A stretch of 64,000 bases of DNA from the human T2T-CHM13v2.0 reference genome, Homo sapiens. The position numbers and the translations under genes were made by a program. Shown piece after piece: positions 47,049-64,000 of the stretch (position 1 is the stretch's first letter; the number at the start of each line of letters is the position of its first letter). The notes below the pieces were generated by a model, which had not been told where the DNA came from, did not search any database, and saw only the letters and a list, made by a program, of their open reading frames with translations. The stretch lies in NCBI RefSeq assembly GCF_009914755.1, contig NC_060947.1; one strand, written 5' to 3'.

Positions 47049-47860
47049 ATCTGAGTTTGAAATGGGCAAAAGTTTTAAATAGACACTTCACAAAAGTACA
47101 TGCAAATAAATAAAAATCACATGGAAAGCCACTTAAAGTCTCCAGGCATCTAAGAATAAAAACTGTCCATGGAATGAAAACACTACAGATACAGTAATGT
47201 GGCTAACGTTAAAACTATTGAACATATCAAGTGCTACTGAGGATGTGGAACAAGCAGATCTATCATACATGTTTGGTGAGATTGCAAAGTGATCAAATAT
47301 TCTAAAAAACAGTGAGGCCGTATCTTATAAAGTAACTGAGACAACAACCATAAGACCTTACAATTTTACTCCCAGGTATTTTCTAAATTAAAAATATGCT
47401 GATATATTATGTATCCATTATTTTAATAGACCAAAACCAGAAACAATCCAAATCTCCGTCAGCTGGTGAACAGATAAGCAAATTGTGGTATATTCCACAC
47501 TGTGGAATACTATACAGCAAGGGTAAGATATTAATTAGTAACACATGCAAGAACATGGATAATTTAGTGAAGGAGATCAGACACAAAGTACTACATATTA
47601 TATGACACCATTTGTGTGAATTTCTAAAAAAATTTAGGGTAACATGAAAAGGACAAGTGGTGTCCTGGGACCAGTGGTTGGTACAGGGAATCAAGAGTTC
47701 AGAATAAAAAAAATAGAGTCATGAAAATATTCCACATTTGGAATGTGGTAGAGGTTACATGCCTATATAGAATTATTAAAATTCATCAAACTTTACACTT
47801 CAAATGAGTACATTTTATGATATATAAGCTATATGTCAGTAAAATGAGACAACATTTTAA
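47049..47860 (+). mobile_element. Ancient L1ME-like 3' end
   Basis: aaatgggcaaaagttttaaatagacacttcacaaaag...aaaattcatcaaactttacactt. Confidence 0.7.
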
Positions 47861-48049
47861 AGTCTCAAAGCACTCTTGTTGGTTTTTTGCTCTACATTAT
47901 TTACATCCCAGTTTGAGTATTTTAGATTTTTTTTTTTTTTTTGTATTTTTACTCCAAGCTTTTTGTTTTCTCCATCTTGGTAACCTCTCAATTTTAGGAC
48001 TTCAACTATTACTTTAAGTTGTCATGTTTAGGCTATAGGCCTCACATAA

Positions 48050-48300
48050 TGACCTGGGTTCTTATATATCTCTCTGGCATTTCAAACTCAGCATTCAAAA
48101 ACTGAAATGAGTCTAACCCTTTCAGATTTATCTCCCCAGTGTTGCCAGTATGATCTTTACGAAGAGCTGCTCTCATCATTTAATTCTTATTATAAGCTTC
48201 AGTGGCCCCCTGCAGCTGTAATGATGCAATCTCTACTCCTCCATCACAAGGAGTAGGCTTTATGATTTGACTTTGGCTTAGTTCTTCATTATCTACATCA
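48050..48300 (+). mobile_element. L2 relic
   Basis: ggcatttcaaactcagcattcaaaaactgaa resembles the L2 consensus. Confidence 0.5.
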
Positions 48301-48590
48301 TGGCTCAAAAATTAAAATGTTTCAGGGTGTGTGTGAAGGAGGCAGAATGAAAGGGAAAAAAGTAGTACAGGCACATTTCATCAATGTCTCCATTGTCAGG
48401 AATCCACAGGTGTGCTGGTGAAATGGAGAGTGAAGGCATCACCTGGGGACTTTAGGAAGTTGTCCTACAGCTCTGTCTACTGGGCCCAGATTTCATAGTA
48501 AAATGTTATAACTAGATATTTGAAAGAAAAAAAACATACTTATAAATGTTAAACACTGAGTAAACCAAGTGAAATTTTCCAGCAGTCTGG

Positions 48591-48951
48591 ATTGTTACTC
48601 TGTAGAAATGCAGTTGATTTTTGTATGTTGATTTTGTTTCCCGCAACTTTGCTGAATTCATTTATTGGTGACAATCCAAGTTTTAAATTGGCAAACATTT
48701 TAAACAGACACTTCACAAAAATATGTATGAATGAATAATAATTTAGACTTTCCACATGGAAAAGCCACTCAAAATCTCCAGACATCTGAGAAATAAAAAC
48801 TGGCCATGATATGAAAACACTATACACGGTAATATGGCTAACATTAAAGCTATTGAACATACTACCTGCTACTGAGGATGTGGAACAAATAGATATCTCA
48901 TACATATTTGGGGAGATTGCAAAGTGATCAGATACTCTGAAACACAGTGAG
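48591..48951 (+). repeat. Diverged direct copy of 46966-47316
   Basis: Collinear match, including the L1(-)/L1(+) junction. Confidence 0.88.
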
Positions 48952-49134
48952 ACTAGCAAATAATTAGCCCAGCAAAACACTGTCTTTTGTCACCTGAAAA
49001 AGCCTTATGTATATATACATTCTTTAGCATTTAACTTAGTTATCACTACTAAGGAAGGCTTCTTTAATTTCTTCTTTAAGAAAGTAGTATGATTTTAATG
49101 CCTTTTGTTTGTACTTCCAGGATATTTAATACTT

Positions 49135-49370
49135 ACTGTCTACTCTATCAGATGTAGTTTATAAATACTTTACTAATACTAACTCATTTAATCTCCTTCT
49201 CAACACAATGAAGTAGGGGCTTTAATTATTCCCACTTCACAGATTGCGTAAATGTAGCACATAGCGGTTTAGTAACATTCCTAAAATATACAGTTAGTAA
49301 ATAGTGAAGTCAGGATTCAAATCCTGATAATATAACAAGAGAGCCCATATTATTATTCACCATATTGCAA
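49135..49370 (-). mobile_element. MIR
   Basis: aactcatttaatctcc...cccacttcacagattg...acagttagtaaatagtgaagtcaggattcaaatcc. Confidence 0.75.
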
Positions 49371-49384
49371 TGATTCTCAGATTT

Positions 49385-49540
49385 TATGACATGGTACTGT
49401 AACAATCAGTGTGTGTATGTTTGCTCTCTGAACTGTTAAATACTTAATATCAGGGGTTCTGTTTTACTTTTTCTTTAATTCACCAGGCTTAGAACTTATT
49501 AAGCACCTACTAAATATGAATTGAATGAATGAATGCATGA
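49385..49540 (+). mobile_element. L2 3' end
   Basis: aagcacctactaaatatgaattgaatgaatgaatg terminal repeat. Confidence 0.6.
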
Positions 49541-50348
49541 ATTATTGAATAAGATGAAGAGGTATGGAACATTTTCAATACTGTTTCTATTATGTTTAAT
49601 GTTCAGAGGCTACATACGCAATATAAAATTCCAAACAATACAAAAAGTTGCAAAGTATAGATTGTATGAATTAAAATTCCTCTATTTTTTATTCTGTCTT
49701 GCTTCCCCTGTCCCTAAGGATAATTTCCAGAGATTTTATATTCTTTGAGAAATTTTACAAGAATCCCTATGATTTGAAAAAGGAATACAGAATCAACATA
49801 AGTAAATATTAGGCTCTATTTTAAGAAAAATACTCAAATTCTAGTCTCAAAAGAGATTAAAGTAAACATTCTATAGCCTTTATTTTTCTTTAAAACTATT
49901 AGAAAGTCATAGTGTAGCTTATCTTAACTATTTTATCTAGGGAAATTAAACTACAGTGTTTATTTTAATATTGCCAATGCTATTAAATTTAAACTTGAAT
50001 TTGAACTGATGTAGGAAAAATGAGCTAGTCTAAGCCACTCAGAAAATAGTAGCCTATTGGTTGTCCTGCAACATGGAAGGGAAAACTAGCAGGATCTGGA
50101 CTCAGGACAGACGCTGCTTAGCAAATTCCAACTACAAATTAGTTGGTGGGAAGGAGATCAAAAGACCTAAGTATACAAACACTTATAGATTGATGACCAG
50201 TACTCTACATGTATGATCAGGATTCCAGATAGCTTGATGAGAAGACAGAATTGAGGCATAAAGAGGTACAAGGCTGAAACATTACTTAGGTAATAAGTAC
50301 CAGACAGATAAAAACTTCTTATTGTGTGATACAAGAATTAACAACACC

Positions 50349-50842
50349 TGCTATAAAGACACATGCACACGTATGTTTATTGCGGCACTATTCACAATAG
50401 CAAAGACTTGGAACCAACCCAAATGTCCAACAATGATAGACTGGATTAAGAAAATGTGGCACATATACACCATGGAATACTATGCAGCCATAAAAAATGA
50501 TGAGTTCATGTCCTTTGTAGGGACATGGGTGAAATTGGAAATCATCATTCTCAGTAAACTATCGCAAGGACAAAAAAACCAAACACCACATGTTCTCACT
50601 CACAGATGGGAATTGAACAATGAGAACACATGGACACAGGAAGGGGAACATCACACTCTGGGGACTGTTGTGGGGTGGGGGGAGGGGGGAGGGATAGCAT
50701 TAGGAGATATACCTAATGCTAAATGACGAGTTAACGGATGCAGCACACCAGCATGGCACATGTATACATATGTAACTAACCTGCACATTGTGCACATGTA
50801 CCCTAAAACTTAAAGTATAATAATAATGATAATAATAATAAA
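50349..50842 (+). mobile_element. 5'-truncated young L1 (L1PA3-like), ~0.5 kb
   Basis: Near-consensus 3' end with G-rich tract; (TAA)n tail; perfect 16-bp TSD aagaattaacaacacc at 50333-50348 and 50843-50858. Confidence 0.95.
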
Positions 50843-51367
50843 AAGAATTAACAACACCAAATACAAGGCAATACTGTTGCTATATCAAATCTCCAAATAA
50901 AACCTCAAAATAACAGTAAATATATTCTACTTCTTTGGAGTGCCTATGTTTGGAAGGAGTTGGACTATTTTACTCAGTGCCTACAGGCTGACTATGTCTG
51001 GTAATCCATCAATCAAATAATTACTTTCCCCAAGGCTCCCTTACGGCCCATCTCCAGAGAAAAGAATCTGCGGCTCTGCATCTGAGCAAGAATGTGTCAG
51101 ATACATTTTCAAACAGCCAATTCTGCCACGTGCAAGCATGCCTAGGACCTAAAGCATGTTGCTCTTTTTAGTCAACAATACAGATAATTAGGGTTATCCC
51201 TGGGCTTCTGTCAGGGATTTCAACCATAAACTGATGAAATCCAGGGCTTGTCAAAATCATGCTGGCAGCATCTGTTAGTTGTGGGAAAATTTTAACTATT
51301 TATTAAGTATCAATTAGGTATCAAGCCACATGTGGAAAAGCATTAGGTATTATGAATATAAAAACTT

Positions 51368-54300
51368 TAGGAAGATAGGCAGGAAAATGGCAGATAGGAG
51401 ACAAGACTAATGTGAAGCTCCCACTTGACAGAACAGTACGTGCAGACTCACATTGTGAACTTTTGCTCCAAGAACTAGCACAGGACCATACTAGGAAAAC
51501 CAAAAGAATTCACAGACCCTTTGAAAGCAGAAGCTTGCTGCTGCAAACTCCATAAGACATCTGAAAACTGTTAGTTCCCAATGTGTGAGAGGGGAAAATC
51601 TGCCTCCAGACACTCATCCCCACTGGGGAACCTTAAAATCCAGATCACGGAAGAAGGATTTAACCTTACCTAGAGTTGAAACAGATTTAGAGAGCCAAGT
51701 GAAATATAAAGTAGAAGAAGCAATGGGAAGAGCCCCGTAGGCAGTCCTGGCTCCCAGCTTGAGCCCAAGGAAGCCATCCCTGGCTTTATTTCACAGGGGT
51801 CCTTGGGGAAGGCAGCCAGTGGAATGGGGGAGGGGCCACAGGGTGAAGGAAAGTTCTAGCTGAACTTTACAATAATTTCCACTGAGTATGAATTTTCCTG
51901 AGCATAATCCAGGGGGGCGAACAAGAAGTGCAGATAGGATACGAGCACAGAAGCCACAGATGATGGTGCAGGCAGCTGGCGAGGGGTGAGAACTGAGAAT
52001 TCTGTTTGCTTTCTCAGTGGGGAGGCTGGTAGCCTGGGGCAAGATCTGAGCCCTGTGCACCAGCAGCCTGGATATAAACTCTGACCTATGGCAGGGCGCA
52101 ACAGCGAGGCCTGTCACTGCCGGATATACCCCAAACTTCCCTGACAACCTGTATGATGCAGCAGAGTCAGCCACAATCCCCCTTGGAACATAACTCCATT
52201 GCCCTGAGAACCAACCCCCCCGCCCCACAGAGGCCTTAGCAAGCCCCACCCAAAGACAGCCTGAGCTCAGGCCTGCCTAATTATGCCCCCAGCTGATGGT
52301 TTTTCTCTACCCACCCTGGTAGCCAAAGACAAAAGACATGAACTGGGAGCTACTTGGCCCTGCCCATCACCTGAGAAACCTGAACACCTATCCTGGCCAA
52401 GGTAGGCAAGCTTATATCCCACTTCTACTACTGCAGCTGGTGCTCTCTTGAAAGTGTCACTCCCTGGCCGGAGGCCAAAGATCTCAAGCCATTACATCAA
52501 GTGATAACTGAATAACCCTGCTCCAAAGAAGGAGAAAACAACAGCTACTTTTACCACTTGCAACTTCTTGGCTAATCAGAAGTCCTGAGTCTGTCCACCT
52601 GGCAACTTCACTGCTAGCATAACCAGCATTTGAGAAAACCAGCACACTAACCAAAACTACAACTAAGGACCCTCACAGAGTCCACTTCACTCCCTGCAAC
52701 CTCCGCTGAAGCATGTGCTGGTATCCATGGCTTGGAGGCCTGAGGATGGATCATTTCACAGGATTTTTTGCAGACATTCCACAGCACGAGCCAGAGCCTG
52801 GTAGCCCTGATGGGTGGCTAGACCCAGAAGGGCAATAACAATCACTGCAGTCTGGCTCTCAGGAAGCCCCTTCCCTAGGGGAAGGGGGAGAACACCACAT
52901 CCAGGGATCACCCTGTAGGACAAAATAATCTGAACAGTGGGTCTTGAGATCCGTTCTTTCCACTGAAACAGTCTACCCAAATGAGAAGGAACCAGAAAAG
53001 TAATTCTGGTAATATGACAAAACAAGGTTCTATAACACCCCCAAAAGATCATACTAGCTTTCCAGCAATGGATCTAAACCAAGAAATCTCTGAATTGCCA
53101 GATAATGAATTCAGAAGGTTGATTATTAAGCTACTCAAGGACATACCAGAGAAAGGTGAAAAACAACATAAAAAATTTAAAAAAAAAACCAAATACAGGG
53201 AAAGGATGAAAAAGTCTCCAGAGAAATAAATGTCATAGAGAAAAGACAATCACAACTTCTGGAAATGAAAGACACACTTAGAGAAATATAAAATTCACTG
53301 AAAAGTTTCAACAATAGACTAGAACAAATAGAAGAAAGAACATCAGAGCTTGAAGACAAAGCTTTCTAATTAACCCAATCTGACGAATACAAAGAAAAAA
53401 GAATTTTTAAAAAGAATAAAGCCTCAAAGAAACTTGGGATTATGTTAAACAACCAAACATAAGAATAATAAATATTCCTGAGGAAGAAGAGCAATCTAAA
53501 AGTTTGGTAAACTTATTTGAGGGAATAATTGAGGAAAACTTCACAGGCATTGCTAGAGATCTAGACATCCAAATACAAGAAGCTCAAAGAATACTCAGAA
53601 AATTCATTACAAAAAGATTATCACCTAAGCACATAGTCATCAAGTTATCTAAAGTCAAGACAAAGGAAAGAATCTTAAGAGCTGTAACACAAAAGCATCA
53701 GATAACCAATAAAACAAAGCTGATCAGATTAACAACAGGTTTCTCAGCAGAAAATCTACAAGCCAGAAGGGATTGGGGACCTTTATTTAGTTTCCTTAAA
53801 CAAAAGAATTAGCAGCCAAGAATGTTCTATGAAGTGAAACTAAGCTTCATAAATGAAGGAGAGATAAAGTCTTTTTTCAGACAAACAAATGCTGAGATAA
53901 TTCACTACCACCAAGCCAGAACTACAAGAAATGCTAAGAAGGAGTTCTAAATCTTGAAACAAAACCTTGAAATACACCGAAATAGAACCTCCTTAAACCA
54001 TAATCTCATCGGGCCTATAAAATAATAACACAATAAAAGAAGGTATTCAGACAACAACTAGAATGATGAATTAAAAAGTAACACACCTCTCAATACTGAC
54101 ATCACATGTAAATGGCCTAAATGCTCCACTTAAAAGATAGAGAATGGCAGAATAGATAGAAATTCATCAACCAAGAATCTGTTGTCTGCAAAAAACTTAC
54201 CTAACATAAGGACTCACATAAACTTAAGGTAAAGAGGTGGAAAAATATATTCCATGCAAATGGAAACCAAAAGTGAGGAGTAGCTAGTCTTATATCAGAC

Positions 54301-56325
54301 AAAACAGATTTAAAAGCAATGACAGTTAAAAAAGACACAGAGGGACATTATATAGTGATAAAAGGATCGGTCCAATAGGAAAATATTACAACCCTAAGTA
54401 TATCAGCACCTAGCACTGGAGCTCCTACATTTATAAAACAATTACTGCTAGACCTAAGAAATGAGATAGATGGCAACACAATAATAGCAGAACACTTCAA
54501 TACTCCACTGACAGCACTAGACAGGTCATCAAGACAGAAAGTCAACAAATAAGCAATGGACTTAGACTATACGATAGAACAAATGGACTTAACAGATATT
54601 TACAGAACATTCTACCCAACAATTGCAGATATACATTATTTTCATCAGCATATGGAACATTCTCTAAGATAGACCATATGATAGGTCACAAAACAAGCCT
54701 CAATAAATTTAAGAAAATCAAAATTATATCAAGTAACCTCTCAGATAACGGTAGAATAAAATTGGAAATTACCTCCAAAAGGAACCCTCAAAACTACACA
54801 AATACATAGAAATTAAATAATCTTCTCTTGAGTGATCTTTGGGTCAACAATGAAATCAAGATGGAAATTTTAAAAATTATTTGAACTAAATGATAATAGT
54901 GACACAACATATCAAAACCTCTAGGATACAGCAAAAGTGGTGCTAAGAGGAAAGTTCAGACCATTAAATGGTACATCAAAAAGTCTGAAAGACCACAAAT
55001 AGAAAATCTAAGATCACACCCCAAGGAACTAGAAAAACCATGAACAAACCAAACTCAAACCCAAGAGAAGAAAATAAATAACAAAGATCATAGCAGAACT
55101 AAATGAAATTTAAACAACAATGACAACAACAAAACAATACAATAGATAAATGAAACAAAAAGGTGTTTCTTTGAAAAGATAAACAAAATTGATGGACCAT
55201 TAGAGAGATTAACCAAGACAAAAAAAGGAAGACCCAAATAAGCGTGATTAAAAATGAAGCGGGAGATATTACAACTGACACCAGAGAAATACAAAACATC
55301 ATTCGAGGCTACTATGAACACCTTTACATGCACAAACTAGAAAACCAAGAGAAGATGGATGAATTCCTGGAAATATACTACACTCTCAGATTAAACAAGG
55401 AAGAAATAGAAACTCTGAACAGACCAATAACAAGTAGCAAGGTTAAAACAGTAATAAACAAAATGCCAACAACAACAAAAAAAAGTCCAGGACCAGATGG
55501 ATTCACAGTGGAATTTTATCAGACATGCAAATGGGAATTGGTAACAATTCTACTGAAACTATTTCAAAAAATAAAAAGAGAATCCTTCCTAAATCATTTT
55601 ATGAAGCCAATATCACCCTAATACCAAAACCAGGAAAGGAAATCACAAAAACAACAAAAAACTACAGACCAATACTCCTGACGAACATAAATGCAGAAAT
55701 CTTCAACACTTATACATTGCTTGTGGTAATGTAAACTGGTACAACCACTATAGAAAATAGTATGGAGACTCCTTAAGGAACTAAAAGTAGAACTATCATT
55801 TGATCCAGCAACTTCACTACTGGATATCTACCCAGAGGAAAAGAAGTCATTATGTGAAAAAGACACTTGCACATGCATGTTTATAGTGGCACAACACACA
55901 ATTGCAAAGATATGGAACCAGCCTAAATGCCCATCAACCAATGAGTAGATAAAGAAAATTTGGTATATATAGATACCATGGAATACTATACGGCCATAAA
56001 AAGGAATAAAATAATGGCATTTGCAGCAATCTGGATAAAGTTGGAGATCATTATCCTAAGTGAAGTAACACAGGAATGGAAAACCAAACATGGTATGTTC
56101 TCAAAAGTGGAGCTAAGGAATAAGAATGCAAAGGCATAAGAATGATATAATAGACTTTGGGAACTCAAGGGAAAGGCTGAGAGAGGGGTGAGGGATAAAA
56201 GACTGCACATTGGGTACAGTGTACACTGCTCAGGTGATGAGTGTACCAAAATCTCAGAAATCACCATTAAAGAACTTACCCATGTAACTAAACATCTCCT
56301 GTTCCCCAAAACTATTGAAATACTG
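51368..56325 (+). mobile_element. L1PB1-like element with 5'UTR, ORF1, ORF2 EN and 3'UTR; RT region deleted
   Basis: aaaatggcagataggagacaagactaa 5' end; ORF1 start MRRNQKSNSGNMTKQGS; L1PB1 3'UTR gggtacagtgtacactgctcaggtgatg. Confidence 0.92.
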
Positions 56326-56410
<85 letters not shown>

Positions 56411-56434
56411 AAAAGAAAGAAGGAAGGAAAGAAA
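56326..56434 (+). repeat. (GAAA)n/(GA)n compound microsatellite at the L1PB tail
   Basis: Uninterrupted polypurine tract of ~110 bp. Confidence 0.95.
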
Positions 56435-56450
56435 TTCTTTAATAAGACTT

Positions 56451-59064
<2,614 letters not shown>

Positions 59065-59074
59065 GACTTTAAGA

Positions 59075-59280
59075 AGCATAAACTATAGAAAGAAAAATTA
59101 TTGAGTTTGCATCAGTATCAAAGATTTCTGAATAACAAGAACGATCAATACAGTTAACAGATGAGTGACCCTCTGGAGAAAGATACTTATGGCATCTAAA
59201 AGGGACAAATGGTTAATAAACAATATACGAGCAATTCCTTTTTTTAAAAAAAAAGCTTTTGGATGAACAAGTGTGTAAAT
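59075..59280 (+). mobile_element. Ancient L1ME ORF2 relic
   Basis: ctggagaaagatactt...gacaaatggttaata. Confidence 0.45.
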
Positions 59281-59642
59281 TCACATTATTTTTTGAGTAA
59301 GGACAAAGAAAATGAGACAAGATTTTGCTTATGGAAAAAAAATGCCCACTATAGTCCTATTAATTATAAATTGTGTAGAAAATTATTATTCAAGGATGTA
59401 ACTTATTACCTAATTTTAGCAGAAAAAATAAATCAGGGATTTCCATAGGCCTATCAAAATATGGTGCAACTTTCTATAATGATCTAATAAAATTTGTGTA
59501 TAAGTTTCTTGTGGATATAATCTATATCTATTCAACATTCTCATCCATTCTTTGTCTAACATACTGCATCAGGCACTTATAAAAATAGAACAAACGTTTT
59601 CTTAATAAATAATAGACCTCAATCATAAAGTCCAGAAAACAT

Positions 59643-59800
59643 ACACTCATTCAACAAATGTTGATTAAACTATATGTTCCAAACATTGTGCTATGTACTA
59701 GATGTAGACTGCACAAATATAAGCATAATGCTGTTTTCATGAAACATACAGGTTAATGGAGACAAAAAAGCACAGTGATGATAAATGATATGTGGCATAA
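59643..59800 (-). mobile_element. L2 3' end
   Basis: cattcaacaaatgttgattaaactatatgttccaaacattgtgcta. Confidence 0.65.
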
Positions 59801-59904
59801 ATAATAGAATTCTATGATAATTAATAACTATTACTGAGATAATATTGTCATTGAAAAGGGTTTTCATCTTCTCTCAGGAGTTGTCATTAAAAAAGGAGTC
59901 AGTC

Positions 59905-62600
<2,696 letters not shown>

Positions 62601-63084
62601 TGGCACATATACACCACGGAATACTATGCAGCCCTAAAAAACGATGAGTCCATGTCCTTTGCAGAGACATGAATGAAGCTGAAAACCATCATTCTGAGCA
62701 AACTATCGCAAGAACAGAAAACCAAACACCGCATGTTCTCACTCTCAGATGGGAATTGAACAATGAGAACACTTGGACACAGGGTGGGGAACATCACACG
62801 CTGGGGCCTGTCCGGGGGTGGGGGGCTGGGGGAGGGATAGCATTAGGAGAAATACCTAATGTAAACGACGAGTTGATGGGTGCAGCAAAGCAACATGGCA
62901 CATATACACCTATGCATCAAACCTGCATGTGGTGCACATGTACCCAAGAACTTAAAGTATAATGATAAATAAATAGATAATAAAAAATAAAAAAGGTGTT
63001 AGTCATGGGTGCCAGACTACAGCAAACAAGGAGAATCACTTAAGGGGTTAGATAAGATTCTGTTTTTCACTCTTTAAAAAGAAT

Positions 63085-64000
63085 TGTAATTTTTAATTTT
63101 TATGGATACATAGTAAATATACATATTTATTGGGGTACATGATATATTTTGATACAGGGTAAATGAGGCAGCCATCACCTCAAGCATTTATCCTTTGTGT
63201 TACAAACAATCCAATTATTCTCTTTTAGTTATTTTAAAATGTATAACAAATTATTGTAGACTGTAGTCACCTATTATGCTGTCAAATACCACATCTTGTT
63301 CATTCTATCTAACTATATTTTTGTACCATCAACATCCCCACTGCCCCCTGCCGACTACCCTTCTCAGCCTGCGGTAACAATCATTCAACTCCCTATCTCC
63401 ACGAGTTCAATTGTTTTAATTTTTAACTTCCACTATACTACACAAATGGGTGGGAGCATGCAGCTTGTTTTTCTGTGCCTGGCTTATTTCACTTAAAATA
63501 ATGTTCCCCAGTTACATTCATGTTGTTACAAATGAGAGGATCTTATTCTTTTTTATGGCTGTCTATTACTTCATTTCATTTATTTCATTGGAAGTTCATT
63601 TATTTCTGCTCTGACGTTTATTATTTCTTTTCTATACTTCTGGGTTTGCTCTCACTTTTCTATTAATTTTTTGTTTGTTTTTTGTTAGCTGATGTATTTA
63701 TCATTATACTTTAAGTTCTGGGATACATTTTCTATTATAGTTCTTTAAGGTGCACCATTAGGTTGTTTATTTAAAGTTTCTACTTTTTCATGTAGGCACT
63801 TATTGCTACAAACTTTCTTCTTAGTACTGCTTTATCTGTATCCCATAGGTTTTTGTATGTTGTGTTTCCATTTTCATTTAAGAAATGTTTAAATTTCCTT
63901 CTTAATTTCTTCATTGACTTGCTGGTCCATCGGGAGTATGTTGTTTAATTTGCATGTGTTTGAATAGTTTCCAAAGTTATCATTATTGATTTCTAGTTTT
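63085..64000 (-). mobile_element. L1MA1/2-like element: 3'UTR joined at ~63575 to ORF2 5' region; runs off the window
   Basis: ccatcacctcaagcatttatcctttgtgttacaaacaatccaattat 3' end, then ttcatttatttctgctctga...tcccataggttttt. Confidence 0.85.
63666..63727 (-). mobile_element. Micro L1PA 3' tip (~28 nt) plus tail
   Basis: cattatactttaagttctgggataca; candidate TSD ttttctatta at 63656-63665 and 63728-63737. Confidence 0.75.

Overview
Primate (human-like) AT-rich genomic DNA made almost entirely of layered transposable-element fossils. LINE-1 copies of many ages dominate (L1ME/L1MB/L1MA, L1PB, L1PA16 to L1PA3), along with Alu SINEs, MaLR LTR elements (a complete THE1D provirus, a truncated MSTA provirus, a split MLT1 LTR), a MER30 DNA transposon, MIR/L2 relics and microsatellites. 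I found no intact host gene, RNA gene or autonomous L1; the ORF track is explained by broken L1/Alu/MaLR frames and low-complexity DNA. I see no evidence of a new biological system. The most interesting signals are mechanistic: a twin-primed L1 carrying a 3' transduction, a candidate ancient 3' transduction, two micro-L1 insertions with TSDs, recurrent large ORF2 deletions, a deletion-fused nest of elements, and an old local duplication that copies an L1/L1 junction. Subfamily names come from recalled consensus sequences and are approximate. Boundaries not fixed by a TSD are also approximate.
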